Part shown: positions 37,414 to 46,383 of the stretch, in pieces
How the letters are laid out: every line of letters begins with the position of its first letter
Numbering within the stretch: the stretch's first letter is position 1
NCBI GenBank assembly: GCA_020247305.1
Contig: JADCJE010000066.1
Coordinates: 66,466-130,465, forward strand
Source: Phycisphaerales bacterium
GTDB taxonomy: Bacteria > Planctomycetota > UBA1135 > UBA2386
DNA length: 64,000 bases
Reading direction: 5' to 3'
The notes under the pieces: generated by a model
What the model was told of the DNA's origin: nothing
The model's database searches: none
Seen by the model: the letters and a program-made list of their open reading frames with translations, nothing else
Position numbers and translations under genes: made by a program

Positions 37414-37758
37414 CTCGGGGCCGGACGCCAACCAACGCACGCTGACGGCATCGATCCACAGCTCGCGCGGGCGCGGTCGCAGCCGCGGCGCCAGCGCCCT
37501 GAGGGCGCCGGCGAGGCGATCGAGCTGCTCGCCGCGCACCGTGCGTTCCGGCGCCGGATGGCCGGTGCGCGACTTGACCTCGACGGCAATCCAGCAGCGG
37601 CCGCGGCGCACGAGCAGGTCGATCTCGCCGACCTTGGTGCGGACGTTGCGCCCGGCGATCCGGTAGCCGGCGCGCCGCAGGCCCGCTGCCGCCAGGTCTT
37701 CGCCGGCGGCGCCTGCCGGAAGCGCATGCTCAGGCCTTGGTCTGGGCGGACGCGTCAT
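37414..37758 (-). CDS. YraN/UPF0102-family endonuclease-like module, in frame with the downstream sugar transferase
   Basis: ATG at 37758. GEDLAAAGLRRAGYRIAGRNVRTKVGEIDLLVRRGRCWIAVEVKSR matches the YraN PD-(D/E)xK core. No stop codon occurs before 35839. Confidence 0.6.
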
Positions 37759-38164
37759 CGCGTTCCACCCGGGCGATCGCCACGCGGTCGAAGGTCGCCT
37801 GCACGCCGTCGATCTTCAGCGTCACCGTCTTGTCGGCGAGCTTGGCGATGACGCCGTGCAGGCCGCCGACGGTCACGACGCGGTCGCCGACCTTGACCGC
37901 GGCCAGCAGGTTCTGCTGGTCCTTGCGGCGCTTCTGGTCCGGCCGGATGACCATGAAGTACATGATCAACAGCATCGCCGGCATCATGATCCACATCTCG
38001 GTGCCGCAGGGTTGCTGCTGCGGCTGGCCGGCGGGCGCCGAGGGCGCGCCGGCGCTCGCCGTCGGCTGTTGCGGCGCGCCGGCGGGGGCCGGCTTGTCGG
38101 AGGTCGAGGTCGGTTGCTGCGGCACTGCCGCGAAGGCGATCGGAACGTGGAAGGTCGCGCGCAT
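37730..38164 (-). CDS. yajC: preprotein translocase subunit YajC
   Basis: ATG at 38164 in track ORF 37730..38269. MLLIMYFMVIRPDQKRRK and VGDRVVTVGGLHGVI, with a Gln/Pro/Ala-rich N-terminal extension. Confidence 0.85.
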   Translation of the reverse strand: MRATFHVPIAFAAVPQQPTSTSDKPAPAGAPQQPTASAGAPSAPAGQPQQQPCGTEMWIMMPAMLLIMYFMVIRPDQKRRKDQQNLLAAVKVGDRVVTVGGLHGVIAKLADKTVTLKIDGVQATFDRVAIARVERDDASAQTKA

Positions 38165-38271
38165 CAGGAGGGTCGGTCCGGCGTTGGGGGGCGAAACAGT
38201 ATAGGGACCGGGGGCGTTGCGTTGCAGCCGCCGGCCGGCATCTTCTCGCCGGCCCGTTCCCGAACCCACCG

Positions 38272-39315
38272 ATGCGAGTCTTGGCCGCGATGTCCGGAGG
38301 CGTCGACAGCAGTGTCGCCGCCATGCTGCTCCAGGAGCAGGGCCACGAGGTCGTGGGCGTGTTCATGCGCAACGGCGTCGCCGGCAAATCGGCGCAGGAG
38401 AAGTCCTGCTGCTCGGCGAGCGACGCGCGCGACGCAGCGCTGGTGGCGGATCGGTTGGGCATGGCGTTCTACGCGGTCGACTACGAGGAGGAGTTCGCCG
38501 CGCTGATGGATCACTTCGCGGCGGAGTACCGCCGCGGGCGCACGCCGAACCCCTGCGTGTTGTGCAACCAGCAGCTCAAGTTCGGCCGGCTTTTCCGCCT
38601 TGCCGACGACATCGGGGCGGCGGCGGTCGCCACCGGCCACTACGCCAGGGTCGTCGACGGCGCGCTGCGCACGGCCCGCGACGCCGGCAAGGACCAGACG
38701 TACTACCTGTTCGGCGTCGAGCGTGCGGCGCTGGCCCGCACGCTGTTCCCGCTCGGCGACCTGACCAAGCCCGAGGTGCGCGCGCTGGCTGCCGCGCGCG
38801 GACTCGCCACTGCCGAGAAGGCCGAGTCGATGGAGATCTGCTTCGTGACCAGCGGCGACTACCGCGACGTGGTGCGCGCCCGCGGCGGCGGCGGCAGGGC
38901 TGGCCGCTTCGTCGACCTGCAAGGTCGCGAACTCGGCCGCCACGACGGCATCGACGGCTTCACCGTCGGCCAGCGCAAGGGGCTGCCGGCGCTCGGCGTG
39001 CCGCACTACGTCGTCGCCATCGACCCGGCGAGCGGCGACGTCGCGCTGGCCGCGCGCGACGCGCTCGGCAGCCATGCCATGTTCGTCGCCGGCGTGCACT
39101 GGCTCGTCGACGCGCCGCCGGACGGCGCCGCAGTCGCTGCCTCCGTCAAGGTGCGCGCCCGCCACGCGCCTGCGGCCGCGACCATCGTCGCGCACGGGAC
39201 CTCGGCGCGGATCGCCTTCGCCGACCCGGTCGCCGCGATCACGCCGGGGCAGGCGGCGGTGTTCTACGACGGCGACCGCGTGCTGGGCGGCGGCTGGATC
39301 GAAGGCGCGGCGTGA
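38272..39315 (+). CDS. mnmA: tRNA 2-thiouridine(34) synthase
   Basis: PP-loop AMSGGVDSSVAA, a CCSASD Cys pair, NPCVLCN, DQTYYL. Confidence 0.93.
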   Translation: MRVLAAMSGGVDSSVAAMLLQEQGHEVVGVFMRNGVAGKSAQEKSCCSASDARDAALVADRLGMAFYAVDYEEEFAALMDHFAAEYRRGRTPNPCVLCNQQLKFGRLFRLADDIGAAAVATGHYARVVDGALRTARDAGKDQTYYLFGVERAALARTLFPLGDLTKPEVRALAAARGLATAEKAESMEICFVTSGDYRDVVRARGGGGRAGRFVDLQGRELGRHDGIDGFTVGQRKGLPALGVPHYVVAIDPASGDVALAARDALGSHAMFVAGVHWLVDAPPDGAAVAASVKVRARHAPAAATIVAHGTSARIAFADPVAAITPGQAAVFYDGDRVLGGGWIEGAA

Positions 39316-39444
39316 CGCGCCGCGCGGCGGCGCTGCCGCGGCGAAGACGAGGCGGGGACGAAGGCTCGCTCTCGCGGTGGATGGGAGCCGCGTTGCAGCG
39401 TGCCGGCGAGCGGCCTTGCCGGGACGACCTGCGGGCCAGTGGGC

Positions 39445-39720
39445 TCAGACGCTGGCGCGCAACGTCGCGCCGGCGCGGAAGGCGACCGTGCGCGAGGCCT
39501 TGATCTGGATGGTCTCGCCGTTCTGCGGGTTGCGGCCGGTGCGCGCCTTGCGCTGCTTCACGGCGAAGGTGCCGAAGCCGACGATCTGCACTTCCTTGTC
39601 CTTCTTCAGGCCCTTGTGGATCGCCTTCAGCAGCGCGTCGACGGCGCGGGCCGCGTGCGTCTTGCTGCACTCGGCGCCGAGGTGCTTTTGGACTTCCTGG
39701 ACGAGTTCGGCCTTGTTCAT
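39445..39720 (-). CDS. hup: HU-family DNA-binding protein
   Basis: ATG at 39720 in track ORF 39445..40191. 91 aa: MNKAELV...VGFGTFAVKQRKARTGRNPQNGETIQIKA. Confidence 0.93.
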   Translation of the reverse strand: MNKAELVQEVQKHLGAECSKTHAARAVDALLKAIHKGLKKDKEVQIVGFGTFAVKQRKARTGRNPQNGETIQIKASRTVAFRAGATLRASV

Positions 39721-39960
39721 GGCGATCCGACCGGGCTCGGCCCGGAGGCATGGAGGTGGCGCCCGACCGGGTGGCGGTCGGGCCTGCGCGACTCTACGCA
39801 CGGCCAGCCGCGGCCGGCAAGCGCGGAGCGGCCACGCCGCACCCGCCCGGGCGGTCCGGGCGGCCTCGTCTGTGTTCGGCTCAAGTCGCGGCGCGCATCC
39901 GCCGATACCAAGGCACGGTGGCCGGCGAGTGCCGTCTGCCGCGAACTCCGCGAGGACCAC

Positions 39961-40722
39961 ATGAGGATTGCCGTCGCCAGCGCCACGCTGTTCCTGTTCC
40001 TGCAGGCCTGCTCCACGACGAACGCCGTCGCCGAGGGCTTCGACAAGCCCAATTCGCTCGTGGCGGAGGAGATCAACCGCCGCGTCGAGCAGATCCCGTT
40101 CCAGCACCGCGACGAACTCTTCGAGAACCTCGTCTGGATGGTGCAGAACGGCGAGCAAGCCGTGCCGGCGATGATCGAAGGCCTCGGCCACGACGACGCC
40201 AAGGTGCGCAGCTCGTGCGCGTGGGTGCTCGGTCGCCTGCGCGATCGTCGGACCATCCCGGCGCTGCAGAACGCCATGGGCGACCGCGAGACGGACGTCC
40301 GCCTGGAAGTGGCGCGCTCGCTCGTTTCAATGGGCGACCTGAAGTGGTCGAAGACCCTGATCGAGGGCCTCGACAGCGACAAGAAGCAGGTGCGCTTCAT
40401 GTGCAACGACACGCTGAAGACGGTCACCGGGCACGACTTCGGCTACGACCACCTGAGCGCCAACGACGGCGAGCGCCGCGCCGCGACCCTGCGTTGGCGG
40501 CAGTGGTGGGGCGAGTACTCGGGCGACACGGTCTTCGCGCAGAGCTACCAGGCCCAGCACGGCCTGACGCCCGACGTCGCCGCACCCGTCGGCGAGACGA
40601 AGCCGAACGACGCCAAGCCGACGAACAGCACGAACGGCGCGAGTGCTGCGACCAACGGCGAAACGATGCCGCAGTCGCCGCCCGCCGAGCCGGGCGCGAC
40701 GTCGACGACCGGCGGCAAGTAG
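39961..40722 (+). CDS. HEAT-repeat lipoprotein
   Basis: ATG at 39961 in track ORF 39400..40722. Lipobox LFLQAC. HEAT/PBS-lyase-type repeats (LGHDDAKVRSSCAWVLGRL, MGDRETDVRLEVARSL, DSDKKQVRFMCNDTL). Low-complexity tail. Confidence 0.7.
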   Translation: MRIAVASATLFLFLQACSTTNAVAEGFDKPNSLVAEEINRRVEQIPFQHRDELFENLVWMVQNGEQAVPAMIEGLGHDDAKVRSSCAWVLGRLRDRRTIPALQNAMGDRETDVRLEVARSLVSMGDLKWSKTLIEGLDSDKKQVRFMCNDTLKTVTGHDFGYDHLSANDGERRAATLRWRQWWGEYSGDTVFAQSYQAQHGLTPDVAAPVGETKPNDAKPTNSTNGASAATNGETMPQSPPAEPGATSTTGGK

Positions 40723-40855
40723 GACGCGCGCGGCGATCGGCTCGCGGGCCAGGCGCCGGTCGCCGGCCCGCCGTCTGCCGGGTTCGGTGGTTTCCTCGCC
40801 GGGGCAGGGCGCTAGACTGGGTTGGACCCCTCTGCTTCCAAACCCACCGAACTGC

Positions 40856-41503
40856 ATGCGCCGCAACGCTTCCGGCTTCACCCTGATCGAACTGCTGATC
40901 GTCATCAGCATCATCGGCATCCTCGCCGCCGTGCTGCTGCCCGAGGTGATCGGCGTGCAGGACGCGGCCAACGTCGAGGCCGACCGGCAGCAACTGCGCA
41001 CGCACTACACGTGGATGGAGCTCTACAAGCTCAAGCACGACCGCGCGCTGCCGACGCAGGGCGGCCACAAGTTCGTGCTGGCGACCTGGACCTCCGGCGT
41101 CGTGCAGCAGACCGAGGAGAACCTCGCCAAGTACTTCGTGCCCGGCGCGCGCGACAACGACCCCGCGTTCATCGAGAAGCGCGAGTCCCTGCGCAACGGC
41201 ACCAACCCCTGGACCGACCTCAAGAGCTGCACGTCCGAGGACACGCACTACGCCGGCCGTGCCCGTCAGCACATGAAGACCGCCAACGGCGCCGGCGAGG
41301 CGCTGATGGCGGACGACAACGAGGGCGGCTGGATCCACCGCGACGGCACCGTCAACCTGCTGCTGTCCGACGGCAACGTGCGCACGCTGAGCTACCAGCA
41401 GATGAAGGAGCGCTTCGCGCTCGGCGACTTCAACAAGGACCAGCCGGTGGCGACCTTCGGCAGCAACTCGCCGATCGTCGAGTGCCAGAAGCTGGAGAAC
41501 TGA
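40856..41503 (+). CDS. prepilin-type N-terminal cleavage/methylation domain protein (pseudopilin-like, DUF1559-like tail)
   Basis: ATG at 40856 in track ORF 40643..41503. GFTLIELLIVISIIGILAAVLLP. Near the C terminus, WIHRDGTVNLLLSDGNVRTL resembles the H-X9-DG motif with one extra residue. Confidence 0.8.
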   Translation: MRRNASGFTLIELLIVISIIGILAAVLLPEVIGVQDAANVEADRQQLRTHYTWMELYKLKHDRALPTQGGHKFVLATWTSGVVQQTEENLAKYFVPGARDNDPAFIEKRESLRNGTNPWTDLKSCTSEDTHYAGRARQHMKTANGAGEALMADDNEGGWIHRDGTVNLLLSDGNVRTLSYQQMKERFALGDFNKDQPVATFGSNSPIVECQKLEN

Positions 41504-41541
41504 GAGCCTGAGAAGAGAAGATAGGTCCTGCGGGCTCTCAG
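41500..41541. terminator. palindromic element embedding the pseudopilin stop codon (copy 2 of 2)
   Basis: CTGAGAGCCTG pairs with CGGGCTCTCAG (11 bp including one G-U) around a 20-nt purine-rich loop. The TGA at 41501-41503 is the gene stop. Confidence 0.55.
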
Positions 41542-41608
41542 GATCGCCCCTGGTGGCCGCTGTCGCGGCCACGCACGATGGGGCAGCCGATGACGGCGGC
41601 TCGCGCGC

Positions 41609-42688
41609 TCAGAAGAACGCCATCACCGGCACCGCGTAGGAAACGGCGCCAGTCGACGCGCCGACGTTGGTGCTGTTGGCGATGCGCACGGTCGGGATCG
41701 GCAGCGGTCCGGGCGGCGGCGTCACGAACGTCGAAGCGTCCGTGAACGCGAGGTCGCCGGTCTGCAGATCGACGCTGCCCCCCTGGCACCAGAGCCGGAA
41801 GCCCGGCGGCAGGACCGGCAGGCCGGCCAGCGAGCCGTCGAAGCTGCCGGTGCTGCCCAGCGGCCCCGGCAGCGGGTACCAGACCTCGCTGCTGCTCCAG
41901 ATGCGGCAGTTCGGCAGCGTCGGCCACGGCATCGTGGTCAGTTGCTGGCCGAAGAGCACGAAAGCGCGCGCCGTCCCGGCGCCGTCGTCGGCCACGCCGT
42001 CGCGCAGGGCGACGTCCAGGCGCGCCGCGGTCGGCAAGCGCCAGTAGACCAGCGTCGCCGTGCTCGGCGTCGCATTGCCGGGCGCGGGGCAGCCGGCCTG
42101 GGTGCGGAAACCCGGCTGCTCGCTGCGGCCGTCGGTGTAGTGCTCGTGGGCGTCGAGGTAGACGCTGAGGTTCTGGTTGCCGCCGATGGCGGACTGGTTG
42201 CCGAACACGAAGACGTCGATGCACACCGTGCCGCCGCCCGGAGGCACGACGAATGGCGTCTGGTAGGGCACCTGCAGTTCGAAGGACGGCGACGGATCGA
42301 GCGCGGGGCGGACGGTCGCCGGGAAGGTGAGCAACTGGCGCGGCAGCACGGTCACCGCGCCCTGGCCGGCGTTGCTGGCGAAGGTCGTCGAGGCCGTCGT
42401 CGGCGTCAGCGGCGACAGGCTGACCCGCACCTCCAGCTCGCACTGAAAGGCATCCACCGTGCCGCGCACGGCGATGGCGTCGCGGCGGTAGGCGTGGCCG
42501 TGCAGGACCGTGCCGCCGGGCAGGTCGCGGTGCAGCGTCTGGACGCGGGCGCTGGCCCGGCCGAGCGGGAAGTGGGTGAACGAACTGCCCTCGAGCGCGG
42601 CCCGGTCGGTGGGGGAAACGGCGGCCTGAGCGGAGGCGAACGTCGCCAGCAGGGTGGCGACGACGACGAAACGGTGCGTTGGCATCAT
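41609..42688 (-). CDS. hypothetical secreted protein
   Basis: ATG at 42688 (MMPTHRF) in track ORF 41609..42991. Signal peptide VVVATLLATFASAQA. Pro/Gly/Thr-rich, beta-like, ending VPVMAFF. High third-position GC. I recognise no family. Confidence 0.6.
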   Translation of the reverse strand: MMPTHRFVVVATLLATFASAQAAVSPTDRAALEGSSFTHFPLGRASARVQTLHRDLPGGTVLHGHAYRRDAIAVRGTVDAFQCELEVRVSLSPLTPTTASTTFASNAGQGAVTVLPRQLLTFPATVRPALDPSPSFELQVPYQTPFVVPPGGGTVCIDVFVFGNQSAIGGNQNLSVYLDAHEHYTDGRSEQPGFRTQAGCPAPGNATPSTATLVYWRLPTAARLDVALRDGVADDGAGTARAFVLFGQQLTTMPWPTLPNCRIWSSSEVWYPLPGPLGSTGSFDGSLAGLPVLPPGFRLWCQGGSVDLQTGDLAFTDASTFVTPPPGPLPIPTVRIANSTNVGASTGAVSYAVPVMAFF

Positions 42689-42795
42689 GGGGTGTGGATG
42701 CCGGCGGCGGGCCCATCCCGCGCTGCCGGCGGGAGGAAGGGGAACGACGGGGCCCACTTCGTGCAGAATTTGGTGGCTCGGGCGTTGCGGCCCGT

Positions 42796-43125
42796 TTGCC
42801 GTGCTGGCTATGGTCTTCGCCCCTCGTCGCCGCCCTCGCGGCGGCGGAACGGAGCAAACCGATCGCGACGCCTTCGCCATCCGCACCGCAGAGCCAACGT
42901 GGCCTCGGTGCCGGACTGACGCTGGCGGTTTCGGTCGGGTTGTTCGCCTACGGTGGGCAGTGGTTGGACGCGCGGTACGGCACCAAACCATGGTTGCTGC
43001 TGCTGTGCGTCGGCTGCGGCATCACCGGCGGCATCCTGCACATGATCTGGGTCGTGGCGCCCGAGCTTTGGCCCTTCGGCAAGCCGCCGAAGGCCGGCCG
43101 ACCGCCCGATCGCCCAAACTCCTGA
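42796..43125 (+). CDS. atpZ: AtpZ/AtpI-family small membrane protein (F0F1 operon gene 1)
   Basis: GLGAGLTLAVSVGLFAYGGQWLDARYGTKPWLLLLCVGCGITGGILHM is typical of this family. The start is uncertain: in-frame TTG at 42796, whereas the track start at 42679 would overlap the divergent gene. Confidence 0.6.
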   Translation: MPCWLWSSPLVAALAAAERSKPIATPSPSAPQSQRGLGAGLTLAVSVGLFAYGGQWLDARYGTKPWLLLLCVGCGITGGILHMIWVVAPELWPFGKPPKAGRPPDRPNS

Positions 43126-43156
43126 TCGTCGTCTTCCCGAGCTTGTCCAACCGGTT

Positions 43157-43693
43157 GTGAGCAACCCCGCGAACCAGACGCCCCAACTGCTGCCCGCGCC
43201 CGGCGCGCCGTCGGCCGTCGACTTGCTGCCGGCGCTGCTGCGCGGCGCGGTCGTGGTCGGCACGCTGGCGGCTGGCGTGTGGGTGACTGGGGCGCTGGCG
43301 CCGGCCACGCAACCGTTCATGGTGCTCGGCGCCGGTGCGGCGCTGGGGGCGACCGGGCTCGCCGTCGCGCTGCACAGCCGCGTCCTCGACCGGCGCTTCG
43401 CTGCGTCGATGGGCCACGACCCGAAGTTGATCGCCGGCCGCCTCCAGGGGCTGCTCGCGGTCGGCATGTTGCTCAAGCTATTTGCCGTCACCGTCGGCGT
43501 GCTGTGGCTCCGGTCGGCCGGGGTGAAATTCAACGCCGTGGCGACCTTTGGCGTCGCATTCGCGGCGGCGGCCCTGGTCTGTCAGGTCGTCGCCTCTGGA
43601 TCCTTGGTGCGTTCGACGGCCCACCGTGGGGCCGTCACTGGTGAATCCCTCGCAGGTGCGAAGGCCGGTCACGAGGCCGGCGCATCCACGTAG
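43157..43693 (+). CDS. ATP synthase protein I-like membrane protein (call based on position)
   Basis: GTG start. Four hydrophobic helices. Lies between atpZ and atpB. Confidence 0.5.
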   Translation: MSNPANQTPQLLPAPGAPSAVDLLPALLRGAVVVGTLAAGVWVTGALAPATQPFMVLGAGAALGATGLAVALHSRVLDRRFAASMGHDPKLIAGRLQGLLAVGMLLKLFAVTVGVLWLRSAGVKFNAVATFGVAFAAAALVCQVVASGSLVRSTAHRGAVTGESLAGAKAGHEAGAST

Positions 43694-43699
43694 TCGAAC

Positions 43700-44776
43700 A
43701 TGCCCTCAGCCCCCAACTTGCTGCGCCGTCTCCTCACGCTGGCATGCCTGCTGACCGGGCTGCTGGTCTCGGGTCCGGTGGCGGCCCAGAGTCCGGCTGC
43801 ATGGCCGAGTCTGCCTGCGCAGCAGGGTGAGGCAGCAAAACAGGGTGAGTCAGCAAAACAGGGTGAGTCAGCAAAGCAGGGCGAGTCAGCGCAGCAGGGT
43901 GAGGCAGCAAAGCAAAAGCAAGCGTCGCAGCCTGCCCACGCGAAGTCGACGCTGGAGATGGGCAACGGCGAATTCTTCGCCAGGCAGTTCGAGCACAGCG
44001 TGCCGTACCCGATCATGGCGTACGAGAAGGGCCCCGACGGCAAGCCGAAGGTCGGGCTGCTGACCGTCTACAACGTGCAGCCGTGGCAGTGGATCTCGCT
44101 CGGCTTGATCCTCGTGCTGTTCCTGCCCGTCGTGCGCAGCTTCGGCGGCGGCCGCGTGAGCTGGTTCCACCGCATCCTGCGCGGCTGGTGCCTCTGGATC
44201 CGCGATGAGATGGTCTACAAGGTGATGGGCAAGGAAGAGGGCCGGCCCTTCGTGCCGTTTTTCCTCTTCCTGTTCTTCTTCATCGCCGTCCAGAACGTCG
44301 TCGGCCTCGTGCCGAGCATCGGCCACTCGCTGTCGATCTACACCGCGACGGGTACGCCCTTCGTCACCGTCGCGTTCGCGCTGATCACGCTCCTGATGAT
44401 GATCGGCTTCGGCATGAAGAAGAACGGCGTCATCGGTTTCTGGAAGGGCCTCGTGCCGCACGTGCCCGTGCTGCTCTGGCCGATGATGTTCGCCATCGAA
44501 CTGGTCGGCCTCGTCGTCAAGCCGTTCGCGTTGACCATCCGTCTGTTCGCGAACATGCTCGCCGGCCACCTCGTCATCGGCTCGGCCATCGCGCTGATCT
44601 TCCTCTTCGCCAAGATGCAGGGCGGCGCGATCACCAGCTACCTGACCGCGCTCCCCTGCGCGGGGCTCGCGGTCTTCATCTACGTGATCGAGGCCTTCGT
44701 CACGCTGCTGCAGGCGTACATCTTCACGTTCCTCAGCATCAACTTCCTCCATCAGGCGATGCACCAGGAGCACTGA
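43700..44776 (+). CDS. atpB: F0F1 ATP synthase subunit a, with N-terminal signal-like sequence and repeat extension
   Basis: C-terminal core LTIRLFANMLAGHLV. The N-terminal ~130 aa extension contains a five-copy Q-G-E-A/S-A-K/Q hexapeptide repeat. Confidence 0.92.
   Translation: MPSAPNLLRRLLTLACLLTGLLVSGPVAAQSPAAWPSLPAQQGEAAKQGESAKQGESAKQGESAQQGEAAKQKQASQPAHAKSTLEMGNGEFFARQFEHSVPYPIMAYEKGPDGKPKVGLLTVYNVQPWQWISLGLILVLFLPVVRSFGGGRVSWFHRILRGWCLWIRDEMVYKVMGKEEGRPFVPFFLFLFFFIAVQNVVGLVPSIGHSLSIYTATGTPFVTVAFALITLLMMIGFGMKKNGVIGFWKGLVPHVPVLLWPMMFAIELVGLVVKPFALTIRLFANMLAGHLVIGSAIALIFLFAKMQGGAITSYLTALPCAGLAVFIYVIEAFVTLLQAYIFTFLSINFLHQAMHQEH
43823..43912 (+). repeat. 18-bp in-frame tandem repeat (5 copies) inside atpB
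   Basis: Five consecutive units CAGGGTGAG(G/T)CAGCAAA(A/G). They are visibly more AT-rich than the surrounding sequence. Confidence 0.9.
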
Positions 44777-44837
44777 GCTCCGTCGCCCGACGTCTTCCCC
44801 GCAACCCTTCCTTTCGCAAGTAGTCACGGAGAACCCC

Positions 44838-45122
44838 ATGTTCGCTTTCTTCCAGGATCCCAACCAAATCGAAGTCGCCAAGATCGCCTCCGCCAACGTG
44901 GGTTGGGGCCTCGGCGCCGGCCTCGCGGCCGGCCTCGCGGCTCTGGGCGCCGGCTTCGGCATCGGTCGCATCGGCGGTTCGGCCGGCGAGGGCATCGCCC
45001 GTCAACCGGAGGCCGCGGACGCGATCAAGGGCAACGCCCTGCTGCTCTCGGCGTTCGTCGAGGGCGTCGCGCTGTTCGCGGCGGTCATCGGCCTGATCCT
45101 GGCCGGCAAGGGCGCGCTCTGA
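44838..45122 (+). CDS. atpE: F0F1 ATP synthase subunit c
   Basis: 94-aa hairpin with loop GIARQPEA. Carboxylate in AFVEGVALFA. GGAG motif upstream. Confidence 0.93.
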   Translation: MFAFFQDPNQIEVAKIASANVGWGLGAGLAAGLAALGAGFGIGRIGGSAGEGIARQPEAADAIKGNALLLSAFVEGVALFAAVIGLILAGKGAL

Positions 45123-45244
45123 GCCGCGCACGGGCGCGCATCGTTGCGCGCCAGCCGGTCGGGCCGCGGTTGCGGTCCGGCCGGTTCACGCTGGTCGCCT
45201 GATCTGTTCGCCTCCAACTCCCGCCGGATCCCCCGAGGTATCGC

Positions 45245-45796
45245 TTGATTTCCCTGCTCAACCTCATTGCTCTGGGTGACGACAAGCCACGAAGCTTGAA
45301 TGCGCTGCTGGAGTTCGCTCCAGGCGCCACGATCTGGACGTTGATCGTCTTCGTCGTCGCCCTGCCGGTGATGTGGAAGTTCGTCTACGGCCCGATCACC
45401 AAGGCCCTCGAGGAGCGCGACCAGAAGGTCGAGGACTCGATCCTCGCCGCCGACAAGGCGCGCAAGGACGCCGAGGCGCAGATGGCGCAGGCGAAGGCCG
45501 AACTGCAGAAGGCGCAGGAGAACGCCAAGCGCATGGTCGAAGAGGCCATGGCCCGCGCCGAGAAGCAGGCCGCCGAGGCCGTGCGCGTGGCAGACGAGCG
45601 CGCCAAGCAGGAGCTGCAGAAGGCGCGCGACACGATCGCGGCCGAGAAGCGTCAGGCCCTGCAGGAGATCAAGGCGCTCGCCGTCGACCTGACGATCAGC
45701 GCCGCCGGCAAGCTGCTCAAGCACGAGGTCGACGCGCAGAAGAACCGGCCGCTGGTGCAGCAGTTCGTCGCCGCGGCGGAGAGCAGCGGCCGATGA
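45245..45796 (+). CDS. atpF: F0F1 ATP synthase subunit b
   Basis: TTG start. A single N-terminal TM helix followed by a long charged coiled coil. Confidence 0.88.
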   Translation: MISLLNLIALGDDKPRSLNALLEFAPGATIWTLIVFVVALPVMWKFVYGPITKALEERDQKVEDSILAADKARKDAEAQMAQAKAELQKAQENAKRMVEEAMARAEKQAAEAVRVADERAKQELQKARDTIAAEKRQALQEIKALAVDLTISAAGKLLKHEVDAQKNRPLVQQFVAAAESSGR

Positions 45797-46326
45797 GCCT
45801 CCTCGCCAAGCGCTACGCCGAGGCGCTGTTCGTCCTCGCGACGCAACAGGGCGCGGTCGACGCCGTCGGCGCCGACCTCGCGGCGGTGCACGCCGCGCTC
45901 GGCGCGCCGGGTGCGCGTGCGCTGGTGACCAGCCCCGATGTCAAGCCCGACGAGCGCGCCCGCGTGCTCGACAAGCTGACGGCGGGCAAGGGCGCGCTGG
46001 TGCGCAACGCCTTCGGCGTGTTGCAGCACCGCCGCCGCCTGGAGGTCCTCTTCGACCTGCAGCCGGCGTACCACGCGCTCGTCATGGCCGCGCGGGGCGA
46101 GGTCCAAGGCGTGGCCGAATCGGCGCACCCGCTCGCCGACGACGAAGTCCGCTCGCTGGAGGCTCTCGCTGGCCGCCTCAGCGGCAAGAAGGTGCGGCTC
46201 GCGGTCGCCATCCGCCCCGAGGTGCTCGGCGGCGTGCGCCTGCGCGTCGGCAACGTGCTCTACGACGGTTCCCTGCAGAGCCAGCTCGGGCAGCTCGCCC
46301 AGAAGCTCGCGCAGGCGTCCCTCTGA
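45793..46326 (+). CDS. atpH: F0F1 ATP synthase subunit delta
   Basis: ATG at 45793 (ATGA overlap) in track ORF 45373..46326. Starts LAKRYAEALF and ends LGGVRLRVGNVLYDGS. Confidence 0.88.
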   Translation: MSLLAKRYAEALFVLATQQGAVDAVGADLAAVHAALGAPGARALVTSPDVKPDERARVLDKLTAGKGALVRNAFGVLQHRRRLEVLFDLQPAYHALVMAARGEVQGVAESAHPLADDEVRSLEALAGRLSGKKVRLAVAIRPEVLGGVRLRVGNVLYDGSLQSQLGQLAQKLAQASL

Positions 46327-46383
46327 CCGGTTCGCCGGTCGTCCTATCCGCATTCCAACGAATCGTTTCCCGCTCGACAGACC

